Positions 38,971 through 55,300 of a stretch of 64,000 bases of DNA are shown here, in pieces. The position numbers were made by a program, and so were the translations under genes. Origin of the DNA: the human T2T-CHM13v2.0 reference genome, Homo sapiens. The stretch is from the NCBI RefSeq assembly GCF_009914755.1, contig NC_060946.1. One strand, 5' to 3'. How positions within the stretch are numbered: the first letter of the stretch is position 1; each line of letters starts with the position of its first letter. Under the pieces are notes generated by a model that saw nothing but the letters and a program-made list of their open reading frames with translations, had not been told where the DNA came from and did no database searches.

Positions 38971-39550
38971 CAGTAAGTTCTCACTTAACATCGTCGATAG
39001 GTGATTGGAAATGGCAACTTTGAGTAAGATGGTATATAACAAAACCAATTTTAGCATAGGCTAAATGATATAAACAAGAGTCAATTTCCTATAGCATATT
39101 TCTGGTCACAAAACATCACCAAACTTCTAAATAAAGATCCAAAACACTTCTAGTATTAAACAATGAAATAAATGTGAGCTCTACATACATTTTACAAAGT
39201 TTTATAAAAACAAATAAGATAATTCTTTACTTAATTTTTGGTGAATCCGCGAGTGATGGTGGTTATAGCAGTGATGGTTAAAATCAAAGAATAAATGTTT
39301 ACAAAGTGAAAATTTTAAGGAGCACCTCCTCCCACTATGCAGTTCAAAAACAAACACAAATATGGTAGGCTGGCTGAGAGTTTTCATATCACATTGTTTA
39401 TTGTCTTGCATTTGTATGGTTATCATATACTTAACAAAATTTTATTTTACAATAATTTATATTCATTCATTTATTCATTGTACAATCCACTAGTTCAGGG
39501 TCATTGTACAATCCACTAGAATACTAGTTCAGGGTCAAAGGTGACTGAAA
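38971..39550 (-). mobile_element. MER6-family Tigger DNA transposon (partial)
   Basis: TA followed by cagtaagttctcacttaacatcgtcgatagg, matching the MER6 terminus. Confidence 0.7.
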
Positions 39551-39559
39551 CTCAATCCA

Positions 39560-39636
39560 AAAAAATCAAGGAGGGACTCCCTCCCTAACACATTCTATGA
39601 ATCTAGTATCACAATTGTACCCAAATCAGGCAAAGC

Positions 39637-39667
<31 letters not shown>

Positions 39668-40270
39668 TACTGGTCAATATCCCTGATGAACATAGATGCA
39701 AAAATTCTCAACTAGCAAAATGAATTCAATAGTACATCAAAAAGATAATATAGTTAAGTGGGTTTTACTCCAGAAATACAAGGATGGTTCAACATGTGAA
39801 TCATTCTTCCATAAAGACATATACACACATATGTTCATTGTGGCACTATTCACAATAAAAAGACATGGAATCAACTTAAATGACTAAATAAAGAAAATGT
39901 GGTACATATACACCATGGAATACTATGCAGTCATAAAAAAGAATGGCATCATGTCCTTTGCAGCAACATGGATAGAGCTGAACACCATTATCCTAAGTGA
40001 AATAACTCAGAAACAGAAAAATCAAATACCACATGTTCTCACTTATATGTGGGAGCTAAACAATGGGTACATATGGACATAAAGATGTAAATAATAGACA
40101 CTGGGGAGTCCAAAAGGAGAGAGCATTGGAGGGTTAAGGTTGAAAAATTACCTATTGGGTATAGTATTCACTGTTTGCTGATGGGTTCACTAGAGCCCAA
40201 ATCTCACCATTATGCAATATATCCATGTACCAAACCTGCACATGTACTCCATTTATCTAAAATTTTTAAA
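39560..40270 (+). mobile_element. L1 (L1PB/L1MA-type) fragments with a large internal deletion
   Basis: ORF2 middle fragment fused near 39800 to the 3' end ([11 protein letters not shown]...). Confidence 0.75.
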
Positions 40271-40547
40271 GATTCTATTAAACAATAAAGCAACAGGAAT
40301 AATGTACTAAGGATATTAAATTTACTTTAAAAATAAATTTTGGATAAAACTTGTGTGTGTATATATGTAGACAGAGAGAGAAATAAATGCCCCTATAAAG
40401 GAGCTGTACACACACACACACACATGAAGAAACTATATAAAACATATTACATTGAAATATTTCTGAATTATAACTAATTCAACAAGAAAATGTTCAAAAT
40501 TTGCATATAGTCAATAATAAAGAAAAGAGAGCTAATTATATACTTAC

Positions 40548-40718
40548 CAAGAAGAGGTGGAAGTGGAGGCACTAAAGGTATTCTAATGAGTTGTAAAATT
40601 TTTCCCCCACTAATGGCACTATAAAAAATAATTAACAATCCAAATAAATTTCCACCAGGGAGAGCTTCAGAGCCTAAGATTGACCAGGTCATACACCATA
40701 TCACAAACAGTGTAACTC
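40548..40718 (-). pseudogene. SLC9B1P: SLC9B1P exon 4 equivalent (171 bp)
   Basis: tttcag|GAGTTACACTG...CTTCTTG|gtaagta; encodes GVTLFVIWCMTWSILGSEALPGGNLFGLLIIFYSAISGGKILQLIRIPLVPPLPPLLG. Confidence 0.93.
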
Positions 40719-40968
40719 CTGAAATACAAAGAAGTGTACAGCTATATATCTACATACACATAGATGTATACAAACAAAGGATCAATTCTCTTTTATCATA
40801 TATACTAATAGCCAGTTCTATAAAATGATACATGGTATAGATCAACATTGCTTACTAGTTTGGTGAAAGAGATATCTGCTTAACATATATTCCAAATAAC
40901 CTGTCAATTTATGAAGTAGGTTTTAAACAAAGTGTTTTCACTTTAAAAATATTTAAAAACTATATGTG

Positions 40969-41309
<341 letters not shown>

Positions 41310-42001
41310 TTATAATATATGATAGTTAAAAACATCATGGCAATATGATGAGATTTACTTCATTTTATATTTTAAAATAGCTTTCTCATCAGGATGGAAA
41401 ATAAGAGGATGATTGGCTGTGATAAGAATTCACAACCTTATTGAAGATCACAGTGTCAAGGTGCCAAATCTTTTAACAGGAACCTGCTAAATCTTTTTAT
41501 TGAAAGGATAATTCAACTGATATTTGGCATAAATGTATTATAGGAGGTAATGGCTGGAAGAAATGAACCTAGATTTTGTGGGAATAAATATAAAGTATCT
41601 TAGATTATGTGTAGGAGGTAGAGGTAGATTAAGATGAGTAGGTATAAGTTACTAGACATCTTGTTTCTGGCAACTAGGTGCTACTCACTGAGGAATCCAC
41701 AGGTTTCTGTAAAGGACAGACAACAACATGGTAAATTTCCATTTGCTAATTAAATGGCTACCTTTATTTGCCATGAATCATAATTGCTAATGCTTTTAAT
41801 ATTCTTAAAACAGCTTACATGAATTTTTTAGCTATGATCCCTTTCTGGCTGTATAGAATTTGCCAGGGTAGAAGAGGAGGATTTTGACTCACTCCAGGCA
41901 GAAAGTTAGAACAAAGTTTCTTTCCTCCTCCCGTCTGATTATTGTCATCCTGCAAAACTGGAAGCCTTGGAGGGCTAAACTCTTACTAAAATAATGGACC
42001 A

Positions 42002-42344
<343 letters not shown>

Positions 42345-42771
42345 TCATCCTACTGACAAATTGAGAAGACAAGGCAGTTTGTCTTAGCTGGTCTCTGTGC
42401 GGCCAAGTCTTTTTTGAGAATTCATATGTAAAACTGGCCTCATCCAACTTATGCGTAGGGCTCAAATTACATTACGTGCACAGGTTAGGGATCCCAAAGT
42501 TCTAAACCTACCATAAAAGTGTCCCTGCATAGAAGTATCCCTAGAACACTTAGTAGATGCTAATTCAAAAAATCTCTAATAGACACTCCTGATCCCAGAC
42601 TGCATAAAGTCTCAAAGGTAAAGCCAAGTGAATCTGAACTTAAAATAAGAAGAAATATTCCATGAGCAAAAGTTAACAGATACAACAAAGAATGGGATTA
42701 GATGTCTAAAAACCTCAGCTAATAGAACCACTAGATAGACACTATAAAATATGTATTTTCAAAGGGACTAG

Positions 42772-45222
<2,451 letters not shown>

Positions 45223-46263
45223 AAGTATTGTAAAATAATTAAATAGAACACCTAGAAAAAACTTTAAAATTTACTCAACTGAAAAAAAACCCACTAAGTA
45301 CACAAATAGCAATCTAGACAAAGCTGAAGAGAGAACACAGCAAAGTAGTAGATATGAGGAAATTATTTAAGAGCATAGCACACACAAAAAAAAACGAGGT
45401 GGAAAATGAGAGATTTAGATTATGGAAAAGATCTAAAACACAACTAATGGTAGTTTCAGAAACATAATTGAAAGAATGAAGAAGATATAATATTTGAGAA
45501 GAAAACTGGCTTCAAATTTTACAGAATTGATTAGGGTTTTTATTGATTTGGACACAGGAAGTCAAATGAGTTCTAATCACGATTAAGTAAAAATAGATAC
45601 TTAGATAAAATGTTGAGAAACTATAGACTACCAAAGGCAAAAATAAAATCTTAAATAATCTAGACAGAGAAAGAGAGATTAATCATAATTGAATAAACAA
45701 TAGAGCAGATTCTCAATTCTTATCAGCAACAATAGAAGATGGAAGATAATTAAATAAAGTCTTCAAAGTACAGAGATAAATAAAACATTCAATGTTGAAT
45801 TCTGCAGTCAGTTAACTTTCACTCGAACAAAAGACAAATGAAAGATATTGTCAAACAAACACATTTAAGAACATATGCCATTTTTTACCAGGGAAAAATC
45901 TACTGAAAGATATGCTTTAGAAATATGACACAGAACCAAAAAAGATGGAACAATGTGCAAAGAAATTGGTAAAATTTAGGTTAGTCTAAACAGGTATTTG
46001 TTGTGTAACACATTACTAACGAAAATTGTTAATCAGAGGATATAAAAATAAGGTTGGGAGGTGACATGAAAAGGTTGGCAATTTATTTCCACACCAAAAC
46101 TCCCCCCAGAAATTGCAGAAATACCAAAAACAATCATTTCAGGACCCTGAAAACTCATCAAAGGCAGTTATCAAATTTAAGAAGCATTTATTCTTGAAAA
46201 AAGTGTTAGGGTTTTGGGTAGGTTTGGTAAAAGTCTGAGCCCTTCCTGACTGGGGTTGCTCCC

Positions 46264-46619
46264 TGATATGGTTTGGCTTTGTGTCCCCATGCAAATCTCA
46301 TCTTGAATTGTACTCCCATAATTCCTATGTGTTGTGGGAGGGACCTGGTGGGAGATAATTGAATTATGGGGGTGGCTCCCCCCCCATACTGTTCTCGTGG
46401 TAGTGGATAAGTCTCACAAGATCTGATGGCTTTATCAGGAGTTTCTGCTTTTGCATCTTCCTCATTTTCTCTTGCCGCCACCATGTAAGAAGTGCCTTTC
46501 ACCTCCCGCCATGATTCTGAGGTCTCCTCAGCCACCTGGAACTATAAGTCCAATTAAACCTCTTTTTCTTCCCAGTCTTGGGTATGTCTTTATCAGCAGA
46601 ATGAAAACGGACTAATACA
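46264..46619 (+). mobile_element. THE1 solo LTR (THE1A-like)
   Basis: tgatatggtttggct...ggactaataca with the perfect 5-bp TSD CTCCC. Confidence 0.9.
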
Positions 46620-46890
46620 CTCCCATCTCTCTTCTCACCCCCAAGCTCAGTTAGGAAAAACTAGTTTTACCAGTTTGAAGCTGGATGTAAAACCCAGCAG
46701 CTTTCCTGTTAGGGCTGGGGGCACGGGTGGATTTGGTATGGAGTAGAGGGAAGAAATCAATGGTTTTGCCAGTTAAATATAGCAGAGTGGTTTGGGAATG
46801 AACAGAGAGAATTGCAGATTTGCTAGTCTGAGGTTGCAGTTTCAATTGGGGAGGTGGAAGACAAGACAAAAATTTAAATGAGAGATCCTG

Positions 46891-46990
46891 AGGGTCAATA
46901 GGTGCAGCAAACCACCATGGCACATGTATACCTGTGTAACAAACCTGAATGTTCTGCACATGTATCCTGGAACTCAAAGTAAAATTAAAA
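46891..46990 (+). mobile_element. Very short L1PA 3' end
   Basis: ggtgcagcaaaccaccatggcacatgtatacc...tcaaagtaaaatt. Confidence 0.85.
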
Positions 46991-47068
46991 AAGAAAGAAA
47001 GAAAGAGAGAAAGAAACAAAGGAAGAAAGAGGAAGAAAGAAAGAGAGAGAGAGAAAGAGAGAAAGAAA

Positions 47069-47137
<69 letters not shown>

Positions 47138-47181
47138 AAAAGAAAGAAAGAAAGAAAGAAAGAAAAGAAAAGAAAAGAAAG
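46991..47181 (+). repeat. (GAAA)n/(GA)n microsatellite derived from the L1 tail
   Basis: Seen directly in the sequence. Confidence 0.95.
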
Positions 47182-47194
47182 ACCCACATGCAAG

Positions 47195-47583
47195 GCTAGA
47201 CTTTTCCAGTTCCAAGTTCCAATTCTCTCACTGAGAAGAGTGGCTCACTCTGCCTAAACTGTTTATACAAACAATGTGGTTTACTCTGAACAGCTGCTCT
47301 TCCTCTGGGAGTCTGGAATTCTGGCACATGTGAAGGAGAGTAACTTCCATAAAATCCTGAGTACTGAGTCTCTAATGAGACTCTGGTCCTGGTAGATGAC
47401 ATTGCACATGTGCTGTCAAAATTTCATGCTGGGAAAGAGAAACACATCCTTGTAACTCCACAGGAGATGATTCCAGGAAGCTTGTGCCTGGTATCCTCCA
47501 GACTTTACCCATACAACTTTTTCCCTTTGCTAATTTTGCTTTGTATCCATTCACTATAATAAATTAAAAACCTGAGTATTACT
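47195..47583 (+). mobile_element. MER21-like LTR fragment ending just after its AATAAA
   Basis: gggagtctggaattctgg, gagtctctaatgag and ccctttgctaattttgctttgtatcc..aataaa motifs. Confidence 0.65.
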
Positions 47584-47615
47584 AAAAAAAAAAAGAGAGA
47601 GAGAGAGAAATCCTG

Positions 47616-49230
47616 GAAAGGAGAGAATCATAGAAAGTTTGAGAAAAGTTCTCCACACATATGGCCAATTGGAAAAGTATGGAAGTGCAGGAAAGACTCA
47701 AGAGAGTATGACAAAAAGTAAAAATGAAGTAAGACTTGAGTATTAATTGCAACTTTGAATGCATTCACCCACCCACCCATAGATTATTTGGCAGAGAGTG
47801 AAAGCCTTACTAGCTTTAATATAATGTCTCTCCAAAATCAAGCTATGCAACAGACACAAAGGAAATCCCTAGAAAGACAGGCTAAAACAACAATAACAAC
47901 AACAACACAATATAAAAGACATCAATGCTGAAAACCACTGGGCAGAAGGATTACACAGCACAAGTATAGGCCAATTACCAAAACAGAACAACAACAAAGA
48001 CAATAACAAATAAAAACCAAATCCAGATTTGCTATAATGTGTAATTAAAGAGTTTAGTTTTCAATTAAAAATTATCAGACATGTAAGGAAACAGGAAAAT
48101 ATGGCTCATACTCTGGAAAAAAAAGCAGTGAATAGAAACTGTCTCAATTCAGATATTGGATTTAGAAAGAAAGTTTTCAAAGTATATATTATAAATATGT
48201 TCAAATTAAAAATATGATAATGTGCTGTCTAATAGAGAATGTGAATAAGGAGACAGAATATGTTTAAAAATAGAATCTAGAATTGAAAAGTACAACAGTT
48301 AAAGTGAAAAAATCACTAGCGAGGTTCAATAGCATATTTGACCTTGTGAAAGAAAGTATCAGTGACCTTGAAGATAGACCAATAGAGGTTAATCAATCTG
48401 AAGAACAAAAAGAAAAAAGAATGAAGGATAATAAACAGATCCTCAGAAACTTATGGGATACCATCAAGAGCACTAACATATGCATAATGGGGATTCCAGG
48501 AGAAGAGAGAGATAAGAGGGCAGAAAAATATTTGAAAACATAATGTCTGAAAACTTGAAAAATGCTATGTAAAACATTAATCTTCAGATATAAGAAGGCA
48601 AACAAATCTCGAGTAGGATAAACACAAAGAGATTCACACCTAGAGCCATCCTTGTCAAATTGGTGAAAACCAAGGATAATAAGAAAATCATGAAAGTAGC
48701 AAGAGATGACTTATCACATACAGGGGAACAATAATATTATCAATACTGGCATTTTTATCTGAAAAAAATGGAGGCCTTATGAGGCGACATTTCAAAAGTG
48801 GAGGGAAAAATTACTGTCAATTAAGAATTCTGTATCCAGTTAAATGATCCTTCAAAAATGGAGCTGAAATAAAGACATTTCCAGATAAATAAAAATAAAA
48901 AGAACTTATCCTTGCTAAAGAAACACTAAAGAAAATGATTTTAAGATAAAAGAATATGACACCACATGGCAACTTGAACCTATAAGGAATAAACGGCATG
49001 GGAAATGGTAAATAAATTTGTAAGTATAAAAGATTGTATGTGTGTGTGTGTGTGTATTCTGATTTCATCTCTTTTTTTAAAAAAGCATCTGATTATTATA
49101 GGCAATAACTATAACAATACTGCTGAGTTCATAGCATATAAGAGATACATTGGATCAAAGTTGCTATATAACACTGGAATTAAGTAAAAATTATTAAACC
49201 AAAGTAGATTGTAAAAAGTGAAGATGATTG
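47616..49230 (+). mobile_element. Old L1M ORF1 region
   Basis: ORF1-like peptide at 48283-48543 (ISDLEDR..LRNLWDTIK). Confidence 0.7.
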
Positions 49231-49328
49231 ATTATTATAATCCCCAAAGGTACTTGGGAGGCTGAGATAGAAGTATTGCTTGAGGCTAGGAGTTTGAGAC
49301 TAGCCCGAGCAACACAATGAAACTCTGT

Positions 49329-49452
49329 TGATATAGTTTGGATATGTGTCCCTGCCCAAATCTCATGTTGAATTGTAATCCCCAAAATTGGAGATAGGTC
49401 CTGCTGGGAGGTGAATGGATCATGGGGGCAGATTTCTCATGAATCATTAGCA
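49329..49452 (+). mobile_element. MST LTR 5' fragment
   Basis: tgatatagtttggatatgtgtccctgcccaaatctcatgttgaattgtaatcccc. Confidence 0.75.
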
Positions 49453-49592
49453 CCGGCTAATTTGGTATTTTTAGTAGAGACAGAGTTTCTCCATGTTGGT
49501 CAGGCTGGTCTTGAACACCTGACCTCAGGTGATCCACCCGCCTCAGCCTCCCAAAGTGCTGGGATTACAGGCATGAGCCATTATGACTGGCC
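49453..49592 (-). mobile_element. Alu left-arm fragment
   Basis: Reverse-complement left monomer abutting the MST fragment. Confidence 0.8.
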
Positions 49593-50283
49593 TAATCTTT
49601 ACTTTCTAAAAATTATATTAAAATTGATATTTCTCTATTATCTAATCATAAATTATATCAAATATGCTGTTTTGAATTTTATTTTTCCCTTTAAACATAA
49701 AGACACACATTCAGTTCATTGTGCTAGATAAATTACCAGTGCGATCACAAATTAAGAAATGCAATTCAAAGAATTTTGCATACAAGGAGTCCTGAAAGTG
49801 TTAATAACTTTTGATGCAAAGATAATTTTATGAAAGTAATAGAAGACTAAAAAAGGTACAAAATAACTATTATGTAAGTATTTTCCTTTTTCTGAATCAC
49901 CCATGATTACTTTTTCTACCAAGCAAAAACTAACTGCATACTTCAGACCTGTCTCAAATCTCCCCAGCCTCTTTTCCTAAACCTCCCCAGCCTCTCAGGA
50001 CAGACAGGCTGCTCCTGTATTTTGTGCATTCTGCTATTTTTAGCAAGAGGCCTATTTTGTCAGTGTTGTCTGAATAGTATTTGCCAACTCTCGGACTTTC
50101 AGTCACTTATTTGTTTATTTATTTATTTATTTGTCTCCTTTTCTTGTATTTCCCTTTTCCTTTTCTTTCCTTTCTTTTTCCCTTTCCTCCTCCCTTCCTT
50201 TGCTTACTTATTTTTTTTCCCTTTAATTCCCATTCACTATTTCCATGACTGTCAAATAGTAGGTTGATCCTTTAAAATATTCC

Positions 50284-50385
50284 TTTTTTAAAATTTATTG
50301 TACTTTAAGTTCTGGGATACATGTGCAGAACGTGCAGGTTTGTTACATAGGTATACACGTGCCATGTGGTTTGCTGCACCCATCT
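50284..50385 (-). mobile_element. Short L1PA7/8-type 3' end
   Basis: tactttaagttctgggatacatgtgcagaacgtgcaggtttgttacataggtatac. Confidence 0.8.
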
Positions 50386-50422
50386 ACAATATATCTTAAA
50401 ATGAATAAAAGTGGAAACACAC

Positions 50423-52340
50423 AGGAGACAGGGTGTATGGGGTGAGTGGGTTGCCAAGTGGATGGTGGCAGGGTGCTCCAGGGTGGCCAGTGGGGCTAAG
50501 TGTTGTGTATTCCAAGCATGGTGGGGTTCCTGCCTTCCTGTGTGGCAGACTGTGGCATCAGGTAACAGCCACTCAGTGCCCACCCTGGCTCCTCCATTGC
50601 CTTGTTCTCAGCCCCTGACATCCAGCCCACACCTGGAGATTGAGCTGCACCCACTGCTCTGGGTCTCAGCCCTGTGATCACCTCAGTAGATATTCCGAGC
50701 TTGGCTATACAGGCAACACTGAGCCATAGTTTACTATTCTTTCATGCATTTCTATCAGAGAGTCAGCAAAGGTAGTTGACAAAGCCCAAGGGAGAATGTT
50801 GAGGGTAGTTGATGACCTGGACTTTTTCATACAGGATGAAGCCATTGATAAATCTATGTATGCTACAAAGTGGTCAATATGACATGGAATCACTGAAGAC
50901 TGGGATATTATGGAAAGGTTCATGGAGCAAGTGGTTTTTAAATGTCTTTGAGCAGAATCTGAGGACCATTATTTTTTAATGACAGAACTTCCACTGAATA
51001 CACTAGAAAATACAGAGCATTTTTGCAGAAATTATGTTTGAATTATTTAATGTACCAGGATTCTACATTGCAGTTCAGGAGGTACTAGCCTTGGAAGTAT
51101 CTTGGACATCTCAACAAGTGGGTGAATATATGTTAATGAGTATAGTCATTGACAAAGGAGATGGAGTCACCCTTGTTCTCCCAGTTGTAGAAGGTTATGT
51201 AATTGGGAGCTGCATCAATCACATCCTGATTGTAGGTGATACTGTGTATTTCATTCAACAGCTGCTAAGGGAGAGGGAGGTAGGAATCCCTCTTGAGCAG
51301 TCACTGGAGAACACAAAAGCCATTAAGGAGAAATACTGTTACATTTGCCCTGATATAGTCAAGGAATTTGCTAAGTATGATGTGGATCCCTGGAAGTGGA
51401 TCAAACAGTACACAGGTATCAATGTGATCAACCAGGAGAAGTTCATAATAGACGTTGGTTACAAAAGGTTCCTGCAACCTGAAATATTTTTTTACCCAGA
51501 GTTTGCCAACCCAGACTTTATGGAATCCATCTTGAATGTTGTTGATGAATACAAAACTGTCCCATTGATGCGCATTGTCCACTGTATAAGAATGTTGTTC
51601 TTTCAAGGGGTTTGACCATATTCAGGGATTTGAATCTCAACTACAGAGAGATTTGAAGAGTGGTACATGCCAGATTAAAACTCAATAAGGAGCTCAGTGG
51701 CAGGAGAATCAAACCTAAGCTTACAAAGGTTCGGGTGGTAATCAATCACATGCAGCACTATGCCTTATGGTTTGGAAGCTTAATGCTAGCCTCAACTCTG
51801 GAGTTATTTCAGGTCTGTCACACCAAGAAGGACTATAAAGAATATGGCCCCAGCGTCTGCCACCAGAGCCTTCTCTTTGGAATAATGTCTTAGTGTCTGC
51901 CTTGAAAGCATCATTTAATAGTGTCATGTTGGGGAACAAGTGTCCTTCAGAACCCAGAGAAGACTACCATTTCTAAATGACATTTGGTGTTGATGTCTGA
52001 GCAGCATGCTTGCACCACCTAGTGCATGAGGCACAGGGCAGAGTCATTTCAGTAAAAGCCATTTCTTTATGTGTTGACTGTTGTATGCCCACTCCTCCTT
52101 CTCTCACTCCCTTTCTTCATGCTTCCCCAGTTTCCCTCCTCCTTTTCACTTGAACTTTTTTGTTGACAAATACCATTCTGAAGGAATTCAAATGTGACTC
52201 TGAAAATTGTTAAGAGGAAAAAAAATTTCAAAAATGGCCCAAAATAGTTCTCCCCCAGGAAAGAATGCAGTGGTATAAATCCTTTTCCCCCAGCTTATTT
52301 TTATAAATAAAATGTTATAAACTTAAAATACAAAAAAAAT
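50423..52340 (+). pseudogene. ACTR3BP: Processed pseudogene of ACTR3B (Arp3-beta) with 5'UTR, decayed CDS (ATG 50518 to TAG 51893), 3'UTR and poly(A) remnant
   Basis: Intronless Arp3 peptides ([77 protein letters not shown]) with ACTR3B-type residues. In-frame stops at 50727, 50880 and 50949 plus frameshifts. AATAAA near 52306 followed by an A-rich tail. Inserted into an old L1. Confidence 0.92.
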
Positions 52341-55300
52341 AACATAGCAATATTTACAGGATGCAATTAAAGCAGTGTATAGAGGACAATGTATAGCTTT
52401 AAAAACAGAAAGAAAAAATAATCTAAAATTGATAATTAAAACTTCCATCTTAAGACTCTAGAAGAAGATGAGTAAACCAAGCCGAAAGTAAGTAGGATGA
52501 ATGAAATAAAAATGTCACAGTGGAAAACGATAAATACAGAACAGGATAACATTAAAAACAACCAAAGAAACCCAAAATTGCTTATTTCAGAAAGTCAAGA
52601 GATAAATAATATTTAGTTAAATTGACCAAGAAAAAAGAAAGAAGACACTAATTCCCAAAATCAAGAATCAAAGAGAAATATCACCACAGACCCTACCCTT
52701 AAAAGGATGTTAAGAAAATAGCATAATAACTTTAAGGCAAAAAGTTTGACAACTTAGATAAAATAGAACAATTCCTAGAAAGACACAAATTACCAAAACT
52801 GACTCAAGGAAAAAGAAAAAAAAACAAATACCAATATCAAGTAAAGAAATTGCATCAGTAATTTCAAATCTTCCTATAGAGAAAAAATATACTTCACTGG
52901 TGAATTCTATCAAACTATTAAGGGAGGAAATAATACCAATGTTACAAAAACTTTATTCAGCAAATAGAGGATGAAGGAAACTTCCCAACTAACTTTATTT
53001 CATTTGATATCAATATTACCCTGATATCAAAACAAGACAAAGACATTACAAGAAAACACAGCTATATACCAATATCCCTTGTGAACATAGACATAAAAAT
53101 TCTTAACCAAATATTAGCAAATGTAATTGAGCAACATATGAAAAGGATTTTATACCATAATCAAATGAAGTTTATCTCAGGAATGTGAGGTTGACTTAAC
53201 ATCCAAAAATCAATGTAATAAACTATATTAACAGAATAAAGGACAAAACCATATGATCACCTCAATAGATGCAGAAAAGAATTTGACAGAATTCAACACT
53301 CATATATTAAAAAAACTCATCAACTTATCAATAGAAGGGAACTTCTTCAAATGATCAAGGCATCTACCAGAAGCCTATAGCCAACATACTTAATGGTAAG
53401 AATGTGCTTCCCTCTAGATTAGGAAACATGCAAAGATATCTGTGTTTAGCACTTCTATTTAACAATGCACCACAGGTCTTAGTTTGTGCAATAGTCAAGG
53501 AAAAAAAGTATGGAAAAAAGACAATTCTTTTTATTGTTAGCCTTGTATGCAGAAAATCCTAAGGAACACACCCACACACACACCCACATACCACACCCCC
53601 TCCCAGACTTACTAGAACTAAGAGGGGGGCTTAGTAAGTTTGTAGAGTATATGATCAATATACAAAAATCGGTTATATATATAGTAGCAACAAACAATAC
53701 AAAGATGAAATAAAGAAAACAATTCCAATCACAATAGCATCAAAAATAAATGTCTTAGTTTGTTTTATGTTGTTATAATAGAATACCTGAGACTGTATAA
53801 AGAGGTTTATTTAGCTCATGTTTCTCCAGACTAGGAAGTTCAAGAAGCATGGCACCAGTATCTGCTTAGCTTCTGGTGAGGGCTTTAGCAGTGCATCACA
53901 ACATGGCAGAAGACCAAAGAGGAAGTGGGAATGTGCCAAGAGGCCAAACACAAGGTACAACCTTGTACAATGGGTTGCTTTATAACAATCCATTCTCAGG
54001 GCAACTAATCTATTCCCACAAGAACCAATCCAGTTTCATGAGAGCAAGAACTCACTCACTATATGAGGACTGCACCAAGCTGCTCAAAATGGCAGAGCCC
54101 CCATGACCCAAGCATCTCCCATTAAGCTCTACCTCTTAAAGGTTCCAACATGATTTTTGACAGAAACACGGAAACCATGGCATTCCACACTTGGAACCCC
54201 AAACTCATGTCCCTCTTACACTACAAAATGTAATTATTCAATCTCAGTGGTCCCCAAAGTCTTAATGTATTCCAGTAACAATTCAAAGGTCAAAGTCCAA
54301 AGTCTCATATAAGACTCAAGGCAAGTTCCTTCTAGCTATGAGCCTGTAAAATAAAATAAAAAAAAATTAAAAAAAATAAGTTATTTACTTCCAAGATACA
54401 ATGGTGGAATAGTCATATGGCAGACAGTCCCATTCCAAAAGGGAGAAATAGGCCAAAAGAAGAAAGAGGTAACAGGCCTCGAGCAAGTTCAAAACTCAGC
54501 AGGGCAGACACTAAATCTTAAAGCTCCAGAATAATTCTCCACTCCATGTGCTACCTCCTGGGCACACTGGGGAGTTTTTATCCCTAAAGCCTTGGGCAGC
54601 CCCACCTCCATTGCTTTGTTGGGCATAGCCACATGGCTACTCTCACTGGTTGGAGTTGGATACCTGGGCCTTTCCAGGCTGAGGTTGCATGGTGGCAATG
54701 GCTCTATAGTTCTGGAGTCCCAGTGGTGGTCCACTTCATGGATTCACTAGGCATTGCCCTGGTACAGACTCTTTGTGGCAGCTCCAACCCTACATTTCTG
54801 CTCAGCATTGCCCTGGGGGAGGTACACTGCAGTGGCTCTGGCCCTGCAACAAGTCTCCACCTGAGCTCCCAGTCTTTTCAGTACATTCCTTAAAATCTAG
54901 GTGGCAGCCACCATGCCTCCACTTCTCTTGTATTCTGCACATCTGCAAAACTAGTACCACATGGTTGTAAAAGCCATCAAGGCTTACCGCTTGCACCCTC
55001 CAGAGTGCTGTCATGAGCTGTATCTGAGGCTGCTTGATCCATGACTGCGTGCCACCAAGGTTTATGGTTTGTATCTTGTGGAATGGCAGCCTGAGCCACA
55101 CCTGAGTATGATTGTGCCATGGCTGGGGTGGCTGCTGAGGGCTGTGCCAGAAATTGGGGAGCAGGATCTCAAAACAGCACAGGGCAGTGATGCATGGGTT
55201 CTGTCTCTTAAAACCATTCTGTCCTCCTAGACCTCTGGAGAGGCAACCTCAAAAATTTCTGAAATGTCTTCAGGGCCTTTAAAAAATTGTCTCAATAATT

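Noticed and set aside
46651-47257. Several 70-180 aa ORFs rich in K/E/R or F/L/S
   Set aside because: They are translations of the (GAAA)n microsatellite.
51034-51615. 193-aa Arp3-like ORF as a functional gene (ACTR3C-like short actin-related protein)
   Set aside because: It is a fragment of a decayed retrocopy with upstream stops, frameshifts and many substitutions in conserved residues; there is no evidence of selection.
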